Source: Nemertoderma westbladi
Lineage: Eukaryota > Animalia > Xenacoelomorpha
NCBI GenBank assembly: GCA_032718475.1
Contig: JAUCBJ010004893.1
Location: 186,001-250,000, forward strand
Direction: 5' to 3'
DNA: 64,000 nt
Below the pieces are notes generated by a model, which was given only the letters and a program-made list of their open reading frames with translations, searched no databases and had not been told where the DNA came from. Numbering within the stretch: position 1 is the stretch's first letter; every line of letters starts with the position of its first letter. Made by a program: the position numbers and the translations under genes. Positions 10,795-24,094 of the stretch are shown here, one piece after another.

Positions 10795-13700
10795 GTGTAT
10801 ACACCCATGTAGCTGGCTTACATTGCATTGTATACACCCATGTAGCTGGCTCACATTGCAGTGTATACAGCCCTGTAGCTGGCTCACATTGCAATGTATA
10901 CACCCCTGTAGCTGGCTCACATTGCAGTGTATACACCCATGTAGCTGGCTCACATTGCAGTGTATACACCCCTGTAGCTGGCTCACATTGCAGTGTATAC
11001 ACCAATGTAGCTGGCTCACATTGCAGTGTATACACCAATGTAGCTGGCTCACATTGCAGTGTATACACCCATGTAGCTGGCTCACATTACAGTGTATACA
11101 CCCATGTAGCTGGCTCACATTGCAGTGTATACACCCCTGTAGCTGGCTCACATTGCAGTGTATACACGCATGTAGCTGGCTCACATTGCAGTGTATACAC
11201 CCCTGTAGCTGGCTCACATTGCAGTGTATACACCCCTGTAGCTGGCTCACATTGCAGTGTATACACCCATGTAGCTGGCTCACATTGCAGTGTATACACC
11301 CATGTAGCTAGCTCACATTGCAGTGTATACACCCCTGTAGCTGGCTCACATTGCAGTGTATACACCCCTGTAGCTGGCTCACATTGCATTGTATACACCA
11401 ATGTAGCTGGCTCACATTGCAATGTATACACCCATGTAGCTGGCTCACATTGCAGTGTATACACCCTTGTAGCTGGCTCACATTGCAGTGTATACACCAA
11501 TGTAGCTGGCTCACATTGCAGTGTATACACCCATGTAGCTGGCTCACATTGCAGTGTATACACCCATGTAGCTGGCTCACATTGCAGTGTATACACCCCT
11601 GTAGCTGGCTCACATTGCAGTGTATACACCCATGTAGCTGGCTCACATTTCAGTGTATACACCAATGTACCTGGCTCACATTGTAGTGTATAGTATACAC
11701 CCCTGTAGCTGGCTCACATTGCAGTGTATACACCAATGTAGCTGGCTCACATTGCAGTGTATACACCCATGTAGCTGGCTCACATTGCAGTGTATACACC
11801 CCTGTAGCTGACTCACATTGCAGTGTATACACCCACGTAGCTGGCTCACATTGCAGTGTATACACCCATGTAGCTGGCTCACATTGCAGTGTATAGTATA
11901 CACCCCTGTAGCTGGCTCACATTGCAGTGTATACACCCCTGTAGCTGGCTCACATTGCAGTGTATACACCAATGTAGCTGGCTCACATTGCAGTGTATAG
12001 TATACACCCCTGATATACACCCCTATACACCCGCCAGTTCCCAAGAAGGGCAACCTAACACTCTATGGTTCTTTTCGGGGAATCTCATTGATCTCGATTG
12101 CTGCAAAGCTATACAATAGGATTCTATTAAATCGCATCAGGGATCCCATTGAGAGACTGCTCCGTGGAAATCAGAATGGGTTCCGTAAAGGTCGTGGGAC
12201 CATGGAGCCCATTTTGGCACTTAGAAGGATAATTGAAGAGTTATCAAAAAAGAAAGACAGGCATCTGGCTGTTATCTTTGTTGACTTCTTCAAGGCCTTT
12301 GATTCAGTCTCTCGCTCACGTATGTTCAGCATACTTTCATTATATGGGATTCCTGATGAAATTATTGCAGCAATCAGATCAGTATATGATGGTTCGACAA
12401 CATTTGTGTCTACTGTTGACGGTGACACAGAACCATTTGAAGTGTTATGGGGCGTCCTCCAATGAGACACACTTGCACCATTCTTGTTCATTATTGTGGT
12501 TGACTATGTTATACGCATGTCCTTAGATCATTATAATGATGATGGGGTGATGATAACTCCACCTACTGGCTCCAGAAGTCGAGGAAATCCTCCCAAGTAC
12601 CTAACTGATCTAGACTTTGCTGATGACTTAGGAGTACTCTCAGAATCATTAGACGGAGCCCAACGGCTCCTCAGCTCATTAGAACATGCTGCTTCTAGTG
12701 TTGGTCTTTTTATTAACTCCAGAAAGACCAAAATTCTGACAGTTAACTTTGAAAGTCCTCAGCAAGTCTCTGATCGGATGAGCATAAGCTCAAAGGATGG
12801 TATGCTTGAGCACGTGGACGACTTCTGTTACCTGGGATCATGGATCCGGAAGTCAGGTGAGGACCTTCGAATACGTAAGGGAAAGGCATGGGCAGCCTTG
12901 AATAGGCTTTCCAGGATTTGGAAGTCACCGAGAATTAATCGGAAACTTAAGGTCCGATTATTTAGAGCAGCAGTGGTTCCAGTACTCCTTTACGGGAGTC
13001 CATGCTGGGCTCTAACTGCTGAGGACACCAAATCTCTGGATGGCACATTCACAAGAATGCTACGCCGGGTTCATTGTATCAAGTACAATGCACACATCTC
13101 CAACCAGACACTATATAACATTGGAGGTGTCTCATTGGTTCCCCCAAGCTTGACACTAGAACAAAATCGCCTCCGCTTTGCAGGACATTGCTTTCGCCGT
13201 GAGGACCAGCCAGTGCATAATCTTGTACTTTGGCAGCCTCATGGAGTGTATAAGCATGGTGGACAGCCCATGACTTTCTTGAGACGCATCTTAAAGGACA
13301 CTGGCCTTAAAGATGCGGATGATCTAGCAAATGTCATGGGTGATAGGGAATTGTGGCGGTGCAATTTTGTTGACAAGCCGGCACAGCATTCTTAAAAATG
13401 CAGCTGAAATGCAGCATGCCGATCCTTGTTGTATACACCCCTGTAGCTGGCTCACATTGCAGTGTATACACCCCTGTAGCTGGCTCACATTGTAGTGTAT
13501 ACACCCATGTAGCTGGCTCACATTGCAGTGTATACACCCCTGTAGCTGGCTCACATTGCAGTGTATACACCAATGTAGCTGGCTCACATTACAGTGTATA
13601 GTATACACCCCTGTAGCTGGCTCACATTGCAGTGTATACACCCATGTAGCTGGCTCACATTGCAGTGTATACACCCATGTAGCTGGCTAACATTGTAGTG

Positions 13701-16700
13701 TATAGTATACACCCCTGTAGCTGGCTCACATTGCAGTGTATACACCCCTGTAGCTGGCTCATATTGCAGTGTATACACCAATGTAGCTGGCTCACATTGC
13801 AGTGTATAGTATACACCAATGTAGCTGGCTCACATTGCAGTGTATAGTATACACCCCTGTAGCTGGCTCGCATTGCAGTGTATACACCCATGTAGCTGGC
13901 TCACATTGCAGTGTATAGTATACACCCCTGTAGCTGGCTCACATTACAGTGTATACACCCATGTAGCTGGCTCACATTGCAGTGTATAGTATACACCCCT
14001 GTAGCTGGCTCACATTGCAGTGTATACACCCATGTAGCTGGCTCACATTGCAGTGTATACACCCATGTAGCTGGCTCACATTGCAGTGTATAGTATACAC
14101 CCCTGTAGCTGGCTCACATTGCAGTGTATACACCCCTGTAGCTGGCTCGCATTGCAGTGTATACACCAATGTAGCTGGCTCACATTGCAGTGTGTAGTAT
14201 ACACCCCTGTAGCTGGCTCACATTACAGTGTATACACCCATGTAGCTGGCTCACATTGCAGTGTATAGTATACACCCCTGTAGCTGGCTCACATTGCAGT
14301 GTATACACCCATGTAGCTGGCTCACATTGCAGTGTATACACCGATGTAGCTGGCTCACATTGTAGTGTATAGTATACACCCCCGTAGCTGGCTCACATTG
14401 CAGTGTATACACCCCTGTAGCTGGCTCACATTGCAGTGTGTACACCAATGTAGCTGGCTCACATTGCAGTGTATAGTATTCACCAATGTAGCTGGCTCAC
14501 ATTGCAGTGTATAGTATACACCCCTGTAGCTGGCTCGCATTGCAGTGTATACACCCCTGTAGCTGGCTCACATTGCAGTGTATACACCCATGTAGCTGGC
14601 TTACATTGCAGTGTATAGTATACACCCCTGTAGCTGGCTTACATTGCAGTGTATAGTATACACCCCTGTAGCTGGCTCACATTGCAGTGTATACACCCGT
14701 GTAGCTGGCTCACATTGCAGTGTATACACGCATGTAGCTGGCTCACATTGCAGTGTATACACCCGTGTAGCTGGCTCACATTGCAGTGTATACACGCATG
14801 TAGCTGGCTCACATTGCAATGTATACACCCCTGTAGCTGGCTCACATTGCAGTGTATACACCCATGTAGCTGGCTCACATTGCAGTGTATACACCCATGT
14901 AGCTGGCTCACATTGCAGTGTATACACCCCTGTAGCTGGCTCACATTGCAGTGTATACACCCATATAGCTGGCTCACATTGCAGTGTATACACCCATGCA
15001 GCTGGCTCACATTGCAGTGTATACACCCCTGTAGCTGGCTCACATTGCAGTGTATTCACCCATGTAGCTGGCTCACATTGAAGTGTATACACCCATGTAG
15101 CTGGCTCACATTGCAGTGTATACACCCATGTAGCTGGCTCACATTGCAGTGTATACACCAATGTAGCTGGCTCACATTGCAGTGTATAGTATACACCCCT
15201 GTAGCTGGCTCACATTGCAGTGTATACACCAATGTAGCTGGCTCACATTGCAGTGTATACACCCATTTAGCTGGCTCACATTGCAGTGTATACACCAATG
15301 TAGCTGGCTCACATTGCAGTGTATAGTATACACCCCTGTAGCTAGCTCACATTGCAGTGTATACACCAATGTAGCTGGCTCACATTGCAGTGTATAGTAT
15401 ACACCAATGTAGCTGGCTCACATTGCAGTATATACACCCATGTAGCTGGCTTACATTGCAGTGTATACACCAATGTAGCTGGCTCATATTGCAGTGTATA
15501 CACCCATGTAGCTGGCTCACATTGCAGTGTATACACCCCTGTAGCTGGCTCACATTGCAGTGTATACATCCATGTAGCTGGCTCACATTGCAGTGTATAC
15601 ACCCATGTAGCTGGCTCACATTGCAGTGTATACACCCATCTAGCTGGCTCACATTGCAGTGTATACACCCATGTAGCTGGCTCACATTGCAGTGTATACA
15701 CCCATGTAGCTGGCTCGCATTGCAGTGTATACACCAATGTAGCTGGCTCACATTGCAGTGTATAGTATACACCAATGTAGCTGGCTCACATTGCAGTGTA
15801 TACACCCATGTAGCTGGCTTACATTGCAGTGTATACACCAATGTAGCTGGCTCATATTGCAGTGTATACACCCATGTAGCTGGCTCACATTGCAGTGTAT
15901 ACACCCCTGTAGCTGGCTCACATTGCAGTGTATACACCCATGTAGCTGGCTCACATTGCAGTGTATACACCCATGTAGCTGGCTCACATTGCAGTGTATA
16001 CACCCATGTAGCTGGCTTACATTGTAGTGTATACACTAATGTAGCTGGCTCATATTGCAATGTATACACCCATGTAGCTGGCTCACATTGCAGTGTATGC
16101 ACCCATGTAGCTGGCTCACATTGCAGTGTATACACCCATGTAGCTGGCTCACATTGCAGTGTATACACCCATGTACCTGGCTCACATTGCAATGTATACA
16201 CCCATGTAGCTGGCTCACATTGCAGTGTATACACCCATGTAGCTGGCTCACTTTGCAATGTATACACCCATGTAGCTGGCTCACATTGCAGTGTATACAC
16301 CCTTGTAGCTGGCTCACATTGCAGTGTATACACCCCTGTAGCTGGCTCACATTGCAGTGTATACACCCATGTAGCTGGCTCACATAGTAGTGTATAGTAT
16401 ACACCCATGTAGCTGGCTTACATTGCAGTGTATACACCCATGTAGCTGGCTCACATTGCAGTGTATAGTATACACCCCTGTAGCTGGCTCACATTGCAGT
16501 GTATACACCCATGTAGCTGGCTCACATAGTAGTGTATAGTATACACCCATGTAGCTGGCTTACATTGCAGTGTATACACCCCTGTAGCTGGCTTACATTG
16601 CAGTGTATACACCCCTGTAGCTGGCTCACATTGCAGTGTATACACCCATGTAGCTGGCTCACATAGTAGTGTATAGTATACACCCATGTAGCTGGCTTAC

Positions 16701-17722
16701 ATTGCAGTGTATACACCCATGTAGCTGGCTCACATTGCAGTGTATACACCCATGTAGCTGGCTCACATTGCAGTGTATACACCCCTGTAGCTGGCTCACA
16801 TTGCAGTGTATACACCCCTGTAGCTGGCTTACATTGCAGTGTATACACCCCTGTAGCTGGCTCACATTGCAGTGTATACACCCATGTAGCTGGCTTACAT
16901 TGCAGTGTATACACCCCTGTAGCTGGCTTACATTGCAGTGTATACACCCCTGTAGCTGGCTCACATTGCAGTGTATACACCCATGTAGCTGGCTCACATA
17001 GTAGTGTATAGTATACACCCCTGTAGCTGGCTCACATTGCAGTGTATACAGCAATGTAGCTGGCTCACATTGCAGTGTATACACCAATGTAGCTGGCTCA
17101 CATTGCAGTGTATACACCCCTGTAGCTGGCTCACATTGCAGTGTATACACCCCTGTAGCTGGCTCACATTGCAGTGTATACAGCAATGTAGCTGGCTCAC
17201 ATTGCAGTGTATACACCAATGTAGCTGGCTCACATTGCAGTGTATACACCAATGTAGCTGGCTCACATTGCAGTGTATACAGCAATGTAGCTGGCTCACA
17301 TTGCAGTGTATACACCCCTGTAGCTGGCTCACATTGCAGTGTATACAGCAATGTAGCTGGCTCACATTGCAGTGTATACACCCATGTAGCTGGCTCACAT
17401 AGTAGTGTATAGTATACACCCCTGTAGCTGGCTCACATTGCAGTGTATACAGCAATGTAGCTGGCTCACATTGCAGTGTATACACCAATGTAGCTGGCTC
17501 ACATTGCAGTGTATACACCCCTGTAGCTGGCTCACATTGCAGTGTATACACCCCTGTAGCTGGCTCACATTGCAGTGTATACAGCAATGTAGCTGGCTCA
17601 CATTGCAGTGTATACACCAATGTAGCTGGCTCACATTGCAGTGTATACACCAATGTAGCTGGCTCACATTGCAGTGTATACAGCAATGTAGCTGGCTCAC
17701 ATTGCAGTGTATACACCCCTGC
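10795..17722. repeat. 33-bp (38-bp variant) tandem array (GTGTATACACCCATGTAGCTGGCTCACATTGCA)n, interrupted by an RTE; first unit at about 9478-9512
   Basis: Read directly; explains all CEPATWVYTLQ / CIHPCSWLTLQ ORFs; approximately 400-bp higher-order duplication near 16990-17720. Confidence 0.97.
12033..13425 (+). mobile_element. RTE-clade non-LTR retrotransposon, 5'-truncated (RT domain plus C-terminus), one nonsense codon
   Basis: PVPKKGN...FRGISL...QNGFRKGR...FVDFFKAFDSV...GVLQ*DTLAPFLF...LDFADD...FCYLGS...LLYGS...RLRFAGHC; TGA at 12463-12465 where the copy at 36.8 kb has GGA. Confidence 0.93.
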
Positions 17723-18575
17723 AGAACACTTTTTGTTTTATATTATTATTCATTATATTACTCATTCTTATTCATTTAGTAATTTAATAATAGTCGTTTA
17801 TAATACTGTAGTGTGTAATTAAATAGCAAAATCTGAAAAATAGGTTTAATGTTGGAATTTATAGCGGCATATTAACCATTATTCTTTCTTTCGTGCGATA
17901 TGAGATTGATTTGACAACATTCATTTGAAATTATATATATATTTTTTTTTGTTTTGTTTATTATTCTAAATCTACTTACTTTAATTATTTTTTGTGCTAG
18001 AGTGTGTGTAGTTAGGTTTGTACTGTGCAGCAATTGTAAGGAAGGTTATTGTTTCATGTACGATAATAATAATAATAATAATAATAATTACTAAGCAATA
18101 TTCCGACAGCAATAGGGTTGGTGCGCGAAAAAATTGTTGGGCTAGAAACAATCGAATAAGGGGTAACAAGGTACCCTGAATCGAGTGGCGGGGTGTTTTT
18201 TTTGTAAAACCACGTGGAAACGGACCACGTGGATTAAGTAAGCGGGGGGGGGGGGGGGGGGGGGGGGGAGCTAATTTTGAAAATCGGCTGTGATTTGAGT
18301 CTACGTGTGATTGAAATAATCGATCTATGTGATTGAGATAATCGACTACTCCGATAATTTCTTATCTTGTTTTCTATGGAGGGTGATTTTAGATCCATTT
18401 AAATACACATTTAATCTCAATCATTTCACACGTGGCTTATATCAAATGAAAGCGGAGAGTCTTGCGCGTCTATTACCACTACAATTAATTAAATTCATGG
18501 CGATAAGCATTGATTAAATGAATAAATAAACTCGTAGATTGCCTGACTGGTATGCAAGAACTCAACCACTTACGG

Positions 18576-19148
18576 CTTGAGCATGTGGATGACTTCTGTT
18601 ACCTGGGATCATGGATCCGGAAGTCAGGTGAGGACCTTCGAATACGTAAGGGAAAGGCATGGGCAGCCTTGAATAGGCTTTCCAGGATTTGGAAGTCACC
18701 AAGAATTAATCGGAAACTTAAGGTCCGATTATTTAGAGCAGCTGTAGTTCCAGTACTCCTCTACGGGAGTCCATGCTGGGCTCTAACTGCTGAGGACACC
18801 AAATCTCTGGATGGCACATTCACAAGGATGCTACGCCGGGTTCATTGTGTCAAGTACAATGCACACATCTCCAACCAGACACTATATAACATTGGAGGTG
18901 TCTCATTGGTTCCCCCAAGCTTGACACTAGAACAAAATCGCCTCCGCTTTGCAGGACATTGCTTTCGACGTGAGGACCAGCCAGTGCATAATCTTGTACT
19001 TTGGCAGCCTCATGGAGTGAATAAGCATGGTGGACAGCCCATGACTTTCTTGAGACGCATCTTAAAGGACACTGGCCTTGAAGATCTTGATGTAGCAAAT
19101 GTCATGGGTGATAGGGAGTTGTGGCGGTGCAATTTTGTCGATAAGTAG
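18576..19148 (+). mobile_element. RTE copy 2, 3' fragment
   Basis: Near-identical to 12805-13378; followed by TAGTAAGTAAG. Confidence 0.92.
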
Positions 19149-19159
19149 TAAGTAAGCAA

Positions 19160-19270
19160 AGCAAACAGTCGGCCGAAGCCGGAGGCGACCCGAAGGTTCC
19201 TCTTTCGATAGCTGCTACCCAAAGGTAGGGCGTAGGGGTGGGCGCTACTCCTATCCCAAGATTGGTACAT
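19160..19270. mobile_element. Possible SINE fragment
   Basis: GGCGACCCGAAGGTTCC...TAGCTGCTACC...GGGCGCTACTCC resembles invertebrate SINE central domains from memory; not verified. Confidence 0.3.
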
Positions 19271-19619
19271 TGGTAGAAAATGAAAATGCATAAGATGACG
19301 TCATAACAACGCCATAGTTGTGTCTGTATAATTGAAACTAAACGCTCATTATTTATTCTGGTCTATTAGTTCGTTAAATTTCTTGTAAATAATGAATATT
19401 TAATTTATATAGAAACCCGGGAGGTAAAAAAGTTTGTTATTTAATCAAAAATCTCAATATATATACATATATATATATATTATTATTATTTTAATTAGGA
19501 TAGAAATGCATATATTTGCATGCAAAATGGAGACTGTTTAAAATATGAAGTAAAATCAGAGTTTCCCGTTAAAATCAGTTAAAATATATCCCTACTGAGT
19601 ATATCAGTTTATATCACTA

Positions 19620-20360
19620 AGAAGATGCTGCTAAAAGTGATTTAATTACATCATTTTCTCTACTATAAATACTGTAAGCTCGTCGAAGGTGTCCAAACAG
19701 TTTGTCTTCATAGACCTCATTAAACAATCAGAGCGACCTTTCCTATCGGGACATTCTAACAGAAAATGAATTTCTTGTTTCTGATTCCCCACATGTACAG
19801 CGGCTGTCAAAGATATCTCCATAGATTAATCTCATGTCCAAGATTTCCCTATTCTAGTATAATTCCTAAGATAAAAGTTTCTTGCGGTCTAGCACAGGCA
19901 AAGTTCATTGGTAGGAGTTGAGGGGATTGTCTCGTTTTCGCTAAGGTATCATTAAGATTAATGCACTGCTTCCATAAATGTTGGGTGTTTGTGTCTGATT
20001 ATAATGTAGAGTCTCTGGGGTCAAGTTTGTGAGGTCAATTAGGCGCCCCGACCGTTCATTATTCGTCCAAGCAAAATATGCTTTAATAGCACTGATGTGG
20101 GAAAAAAACGATGCTTGTAGTTCATATCACCGTCGGACCATATGGAGTTTATATCTCCGGTTTTCGATAGAAGTTTCAATAAAAATTTTGTTCTAATAAT
20201 TTGACAAAAAATCTCTGGTGGCGGTAGACCACATACTATTTGTAGTTTCTCTCTTTGAGGGTTAAATAAGTTTCCAACTGACTGCTTCAACATAGTCGCC
20301 CATAAGTCGTTCAGTATCTTCATGCAATCGTGAACGAATGCAATAAAACGGAGCAAAATT
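19620..20360 (-). pseudogene. Degraded LINE ORF2 3' end (different family from the RTE)
   Basis: Minus-strand remnants ...KLQIVCGLPPPEI... and RLIYGDIFDSRCTCGESET (Cys motif typical of LINE C-termini); multiple frameshifts. Confidence 0.45.
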
Positions 20361-20527
20361 AAAATCCGCTGTCAACCAGTAGTCCTGTCGTCTCAGTTAT
20401 TAATTATTAAATTAATTACTTATTATTTAATATAACTACAATTATGTAAAGATCGGAAGGCAGTTATTTTGATAGTAAACATATATCAGCTCGAGTTATC
20501 AGAGTAACGGAAGGCTGCATTGAGAGT

Positions 20528-20600
20528 GCGGGGTAATTCAGTTGGTTGAGCGCGGGCCTGGAATCTATTGGTTGTAGGTTCAAGCCCCGCCAGGGACCAC
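20528..20600 (+). mobile_element. tRNA-derived SINE head or tRNA pseudogene
   Basis: A-box TAATTCAGTTGG and B-box GGTTCAAGCC at tRNA spacing; the anticodon stem does not pair. Confidence 0.6.
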
Positions 20601-20732
20601 TCTTCAAATTCCGTATAACTTTTGAGATTAAATATATTATTAATCTTCTCTCTCATTCTATTATTGACCTCGCAAATCCCTATTGATATTTTTCCGAGCT
20701 ATTATGACTAATCTGTGTTATCTAATCTTATG

Positions 20733-21039
20733 TTGTTTTGTCTGCTTCTCAGAAATATAACCTATTAATGATTAGTAAAGGAATTCCGATATAGATATAG
20801 TGCTACCCTGTAGGGAAATCATCAAATATCATCCATCATTCATTGCTCAATTAGGCCTATAGCAGCTATACGCGATCACGTATAATAGCAACTAACAGGT
20901 CGATAAGAATTATAATTAAACTCGCTAATCTGGTACGAGTGGGTGTAAACAACTTCTTGGAAGATATCAGATGAAATTCCGCCAACTCCGTGACTTATAG
21001 ATCAACAACACCCACGACGTTAACGAATCAATGTCTCAC
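20733..21039 (+). repeat. Approximately 305-bp dispersed repeat, copy A (inverted partner at 29545-29852)
   Basis: Reverse complement of 29545-29852 with about 2 mismatches by eye. Confidence 0.9.
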
Positions 21040-21084
21040 GAACAACTAAAATTCGGTCACATATAATTAGCGACAAACAGAGAG

Positions 21085-22652
21085 TGCTTCTTTCCGATAC
21101 TTTCCGCTTCTTTCCGATACTTTCCGCTTCTTTCCGATACTTTCTGCTTCTTTCCGATACTTTCCGCTTCTTTCCGATACTTTCCGCTTCTTTCCGATAC
21201 TTTCCGCTTCTTTCCGATACTTTCCGCTTCTTTCCGATACTTTCCGCTTCTTTCCGATACTTTCTGCTTCTTTCCGATACTTTCCGCTTCTTTCCGATAC
21301 TTTCTGCTTCTTTCCGATACTTTCTGCTTCTTTCCGATACTTTCTGCTTCTTTCCGATACTTTCTGCTTCTTTCCGATACTTTCCGATACTTTCCGCTTC
21401 TTTCCGATACTTTCTGCTTCTTTCCGATACTTTCTGCTTCTTTCCGATTCTTTCTGCTTCTTCCCGATACTTTCCGCTTCTTTCCGATTCTTTCTTCTTC
21501 TTTCCGATACTTTCTGCTTCTTTCCGATTCTTTCTGCTTCTTTCCGATACTTTCCGCTTCTTTCCGATACTTTCCGCTTCTTTCCGATACTTTCCACTTC
21601 TTTCCGATACTTTCCGCTTCTTTCCGCTACTTTCTGCTTCTTTCTGCTTCTTTCCGATACTTTCCGCTTCTTTCCGATACTTTCCGCTTCTTTCCGATAC
21701 TTTCCACTTCTTTCCGATACTTTCCGCTTCTTTCCGATACTTTCCGCTTCTTTCCGATACTTTCCGCTTCTTTCCGATACTTTCTGCTTCTTTCCGATAC
21801 TTTACGCTACTTTCCGATACTTTCCGCTTCTTTCCGATTCTTTCTGCTTCTTTCTGATACTTTCTGCTTCTTTCCGATTCTTTCTGCTTCTTTCCGATAC
21901 TTTCCGCTTCTTTCCGATACTTTCCGCTTCTTTCCGATACTTTCCACTTCTTTCCGATACTTTCTGCTTCTTTCCGATACTTTCCGCTTCTTTCCGATAC
22001 TTTCCACTTCTTTCCGATACTTTCCGCTTCTTTCCGATACTTTCCGCTTCTTTCCGATACTTTCCGCTTCTTTCCGATACTTTCTGCTTCTTTCCGATAC
22101 TTTCCGCTTCTTTCCGATACTTTCTGCTTCTTTCCGATACTTTCCGCTTCTTTCCGATACTTTCCGCTTCTTTCCGATACTTTCCGCTTCTTTCCGATAC
22201 TTTCCGCTTCTTTCCGATACTTTCTGCTTCTTTCCGATACTTTCCGCTTCTTTCCGATACTTTCCGCTTCTTTCCGATACTTTCCGCTTCTTTCCGATAC
22301 TTTCTGCTTCTTTCCGATACTTTCCGCTTCTTTCCGATACTTTCCGCTTCTTTCCGATACTTTCCGCTTCTTTCCGATACTTTCTGCTTCTTTCCGATAC
22401 TTTCTGCTTCTTTCCGATACTTTCCAATACTTTCCGCTTCTTTCCGATACTTTCTGCTTCTTTCCGATACTTTCCGCTTCTTTCCGATACTTTCCGCTTC
22501 TTTCCGATACTTTCTGCTTCTTTCCGATACTTTCTGCTTCTTTCCGATACTTTCCGCTTCTTTCCGATACTTTCCGCTTCTTTCCGATACTTTCTGCTTC
22601 TTTCCGATACTTTCTGCTTCTTTCCGATACTTTCTGCTTCTTTCTGATACTT
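21085..22652. repeat. 20-bp tandem array built from two related decamers (TTTCYGCTTC TTTCCGATAC)n
   Basis: Read directly; explains the K/R/E-rich and F-rich ORFs. Confidence 0.97.
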
Positions 22653-23268
22653 TTTTCTCATCGAAGAAAATTGCTCAGAATCATTTTTCCTGCCCTAAGA
22701 TTATCGATGTTTACCGAATCAGTTTTATTTTTGGCAGTAATCAGCTGTTATTTGCGTCAATTTTCCTTTTAAGTTTTATTTAAGTGTTCGAGGATATTTT
22801 ACACCCTTTAGAATACAGATGAACGAACATAAAGTACTTTAAATAAACGAGGTCTAACTTTTCGCCACAAATATAACTGCACCGCAACTCAAAAATTTAG
22901 AGAAAATTAATTCCCGTTTTTGACCAGTAAAACGCTCGAGGTCCGCGCGATAATGATTTCACAACTTTGGAGACATAATAACATATAGGGGGAACTCTTA
23001 GACCCGGCTGTGGAACTATGGCAGTAATCTTCCTTCAAGGCTATCATCAGATTGCTTAGGCAGTTGTTGTGACAAAGCGGGAAATTTGAATTCACCAAAT
23101 CAAAGAGCAAACCTGTTTTTAAAATAGTTTTTAGTACAAACCAAGGTGTACGTACACCTTGGTACAAACAGACAAAGACACAGCTTAGGCTAGTATAAAC
23201 ATAGCAGCAGCATAGCATAAACATACCAAGCACGTTTTTGTTTAGGCCGATCGTGCGTTTCAGCTGGA

Positions 23269-23970
23269 ATGTTTTCCGTTGGAAGGTTCTTTGTACAAAA
23301 CGCCGTCTCGTTAAACTACAGAACAACTGCCGGTACGTTCGGCCTGACATGTGAATACCGGACAGCGAGGTACACCGTCACCGTACCGATACTGAGTACC
23401 AACTCCTTTAGATTAATAAACTCATACGACCATCAACGCATTAACTGGCGCAGTACCGGTTATTATTACTATCGTTCCTACGCTAAAAATTCCAGGGTTC
23501 GTCCTAACCGGTCGAATAACACAAAACAAGCAGAATGGCGACTGAAGCCCGGCACAATATCGGAATGGGCAGGACGACATACCCCTCATTACAACTCCGC
23601 TCTCTTCTACTCCATCGGCGCGTTTATCCTAATGTTCGGCGCTTCCTTCGCTTGCGTTCCTCTTTATAAAATGTTCTGCCAGAGTTTCGGGTACGGCGGG
23701 ACGGTTCAGGACAACATCGACGCGTCCGGTAAGAAAGTCGCGGGGATGGTCCCCATCGAAGGACGTGACATTCTCGTCACCTTCACCTCGTCTCTCGACG
23801 ATAAAATGCGCTGGGCGTTTAAACCGCAGCAGGATGAGATACTGACGCGGCCTGGGGAGACCGTTCTCGCCTTCTATACCGCCACCAACTCATACGATCG
23901 GCCCATTATAGGGATCGCCACGTACAACGTAACGCCGTGGTTGGCCGGAAAGTATTTCAATAAAATACAG
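23269..23970 (+). CDS. COX11: Cytochrome c oxidase copper chaperone COX11, exon 1
   Basis: ATG at 23269, R/S/T-rich leader, TM segment then FACVPLYKMFCQSFGYGG...WAFKPQQ...PGETVLAFY.A.N...YNVTP..AGKYFNKIQ|gtaatt. Confidence 0.96.
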
Positions 23971-24094
23971 GTAATTTATATGGATGGGTATTATTTTAAG
24001 ATTATTGGAATATAATATTTTAATTATTATATTAAATTTTTGAAAGATCTTACCACTATCAATTATTCCTTGGAACTAAATTTGACAAGGCCGA

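Noticed and set aside
10795-17722. CRISPR-like or RT-plus-array (retron/DGR-type) prokaryotic system
   Set aside because: Units are contiguous with no unique spacers, no cas genes are present, the context is spliceosomal, and the RT is a eukaryotic RTE LINE.
861-17779. Long repetitive ORFs (FRQLVVA, CEPATWVYTLQ, CIHPCSWLTLQ, QGMFCTTRLEY etc.) as proteins
   Set aside because: Open in several frames and on both strands with no unique flanking coding sequence; they are translations of satellites. The same applies to the ORFs at 21067-22661 and 46515-47412.
20528-20600. Functional tRNA genes here and at 40375-40445
   Set aside because: A and B boxes are present but the acceptor and anticodon stems do not pair; treated as SINE heads.
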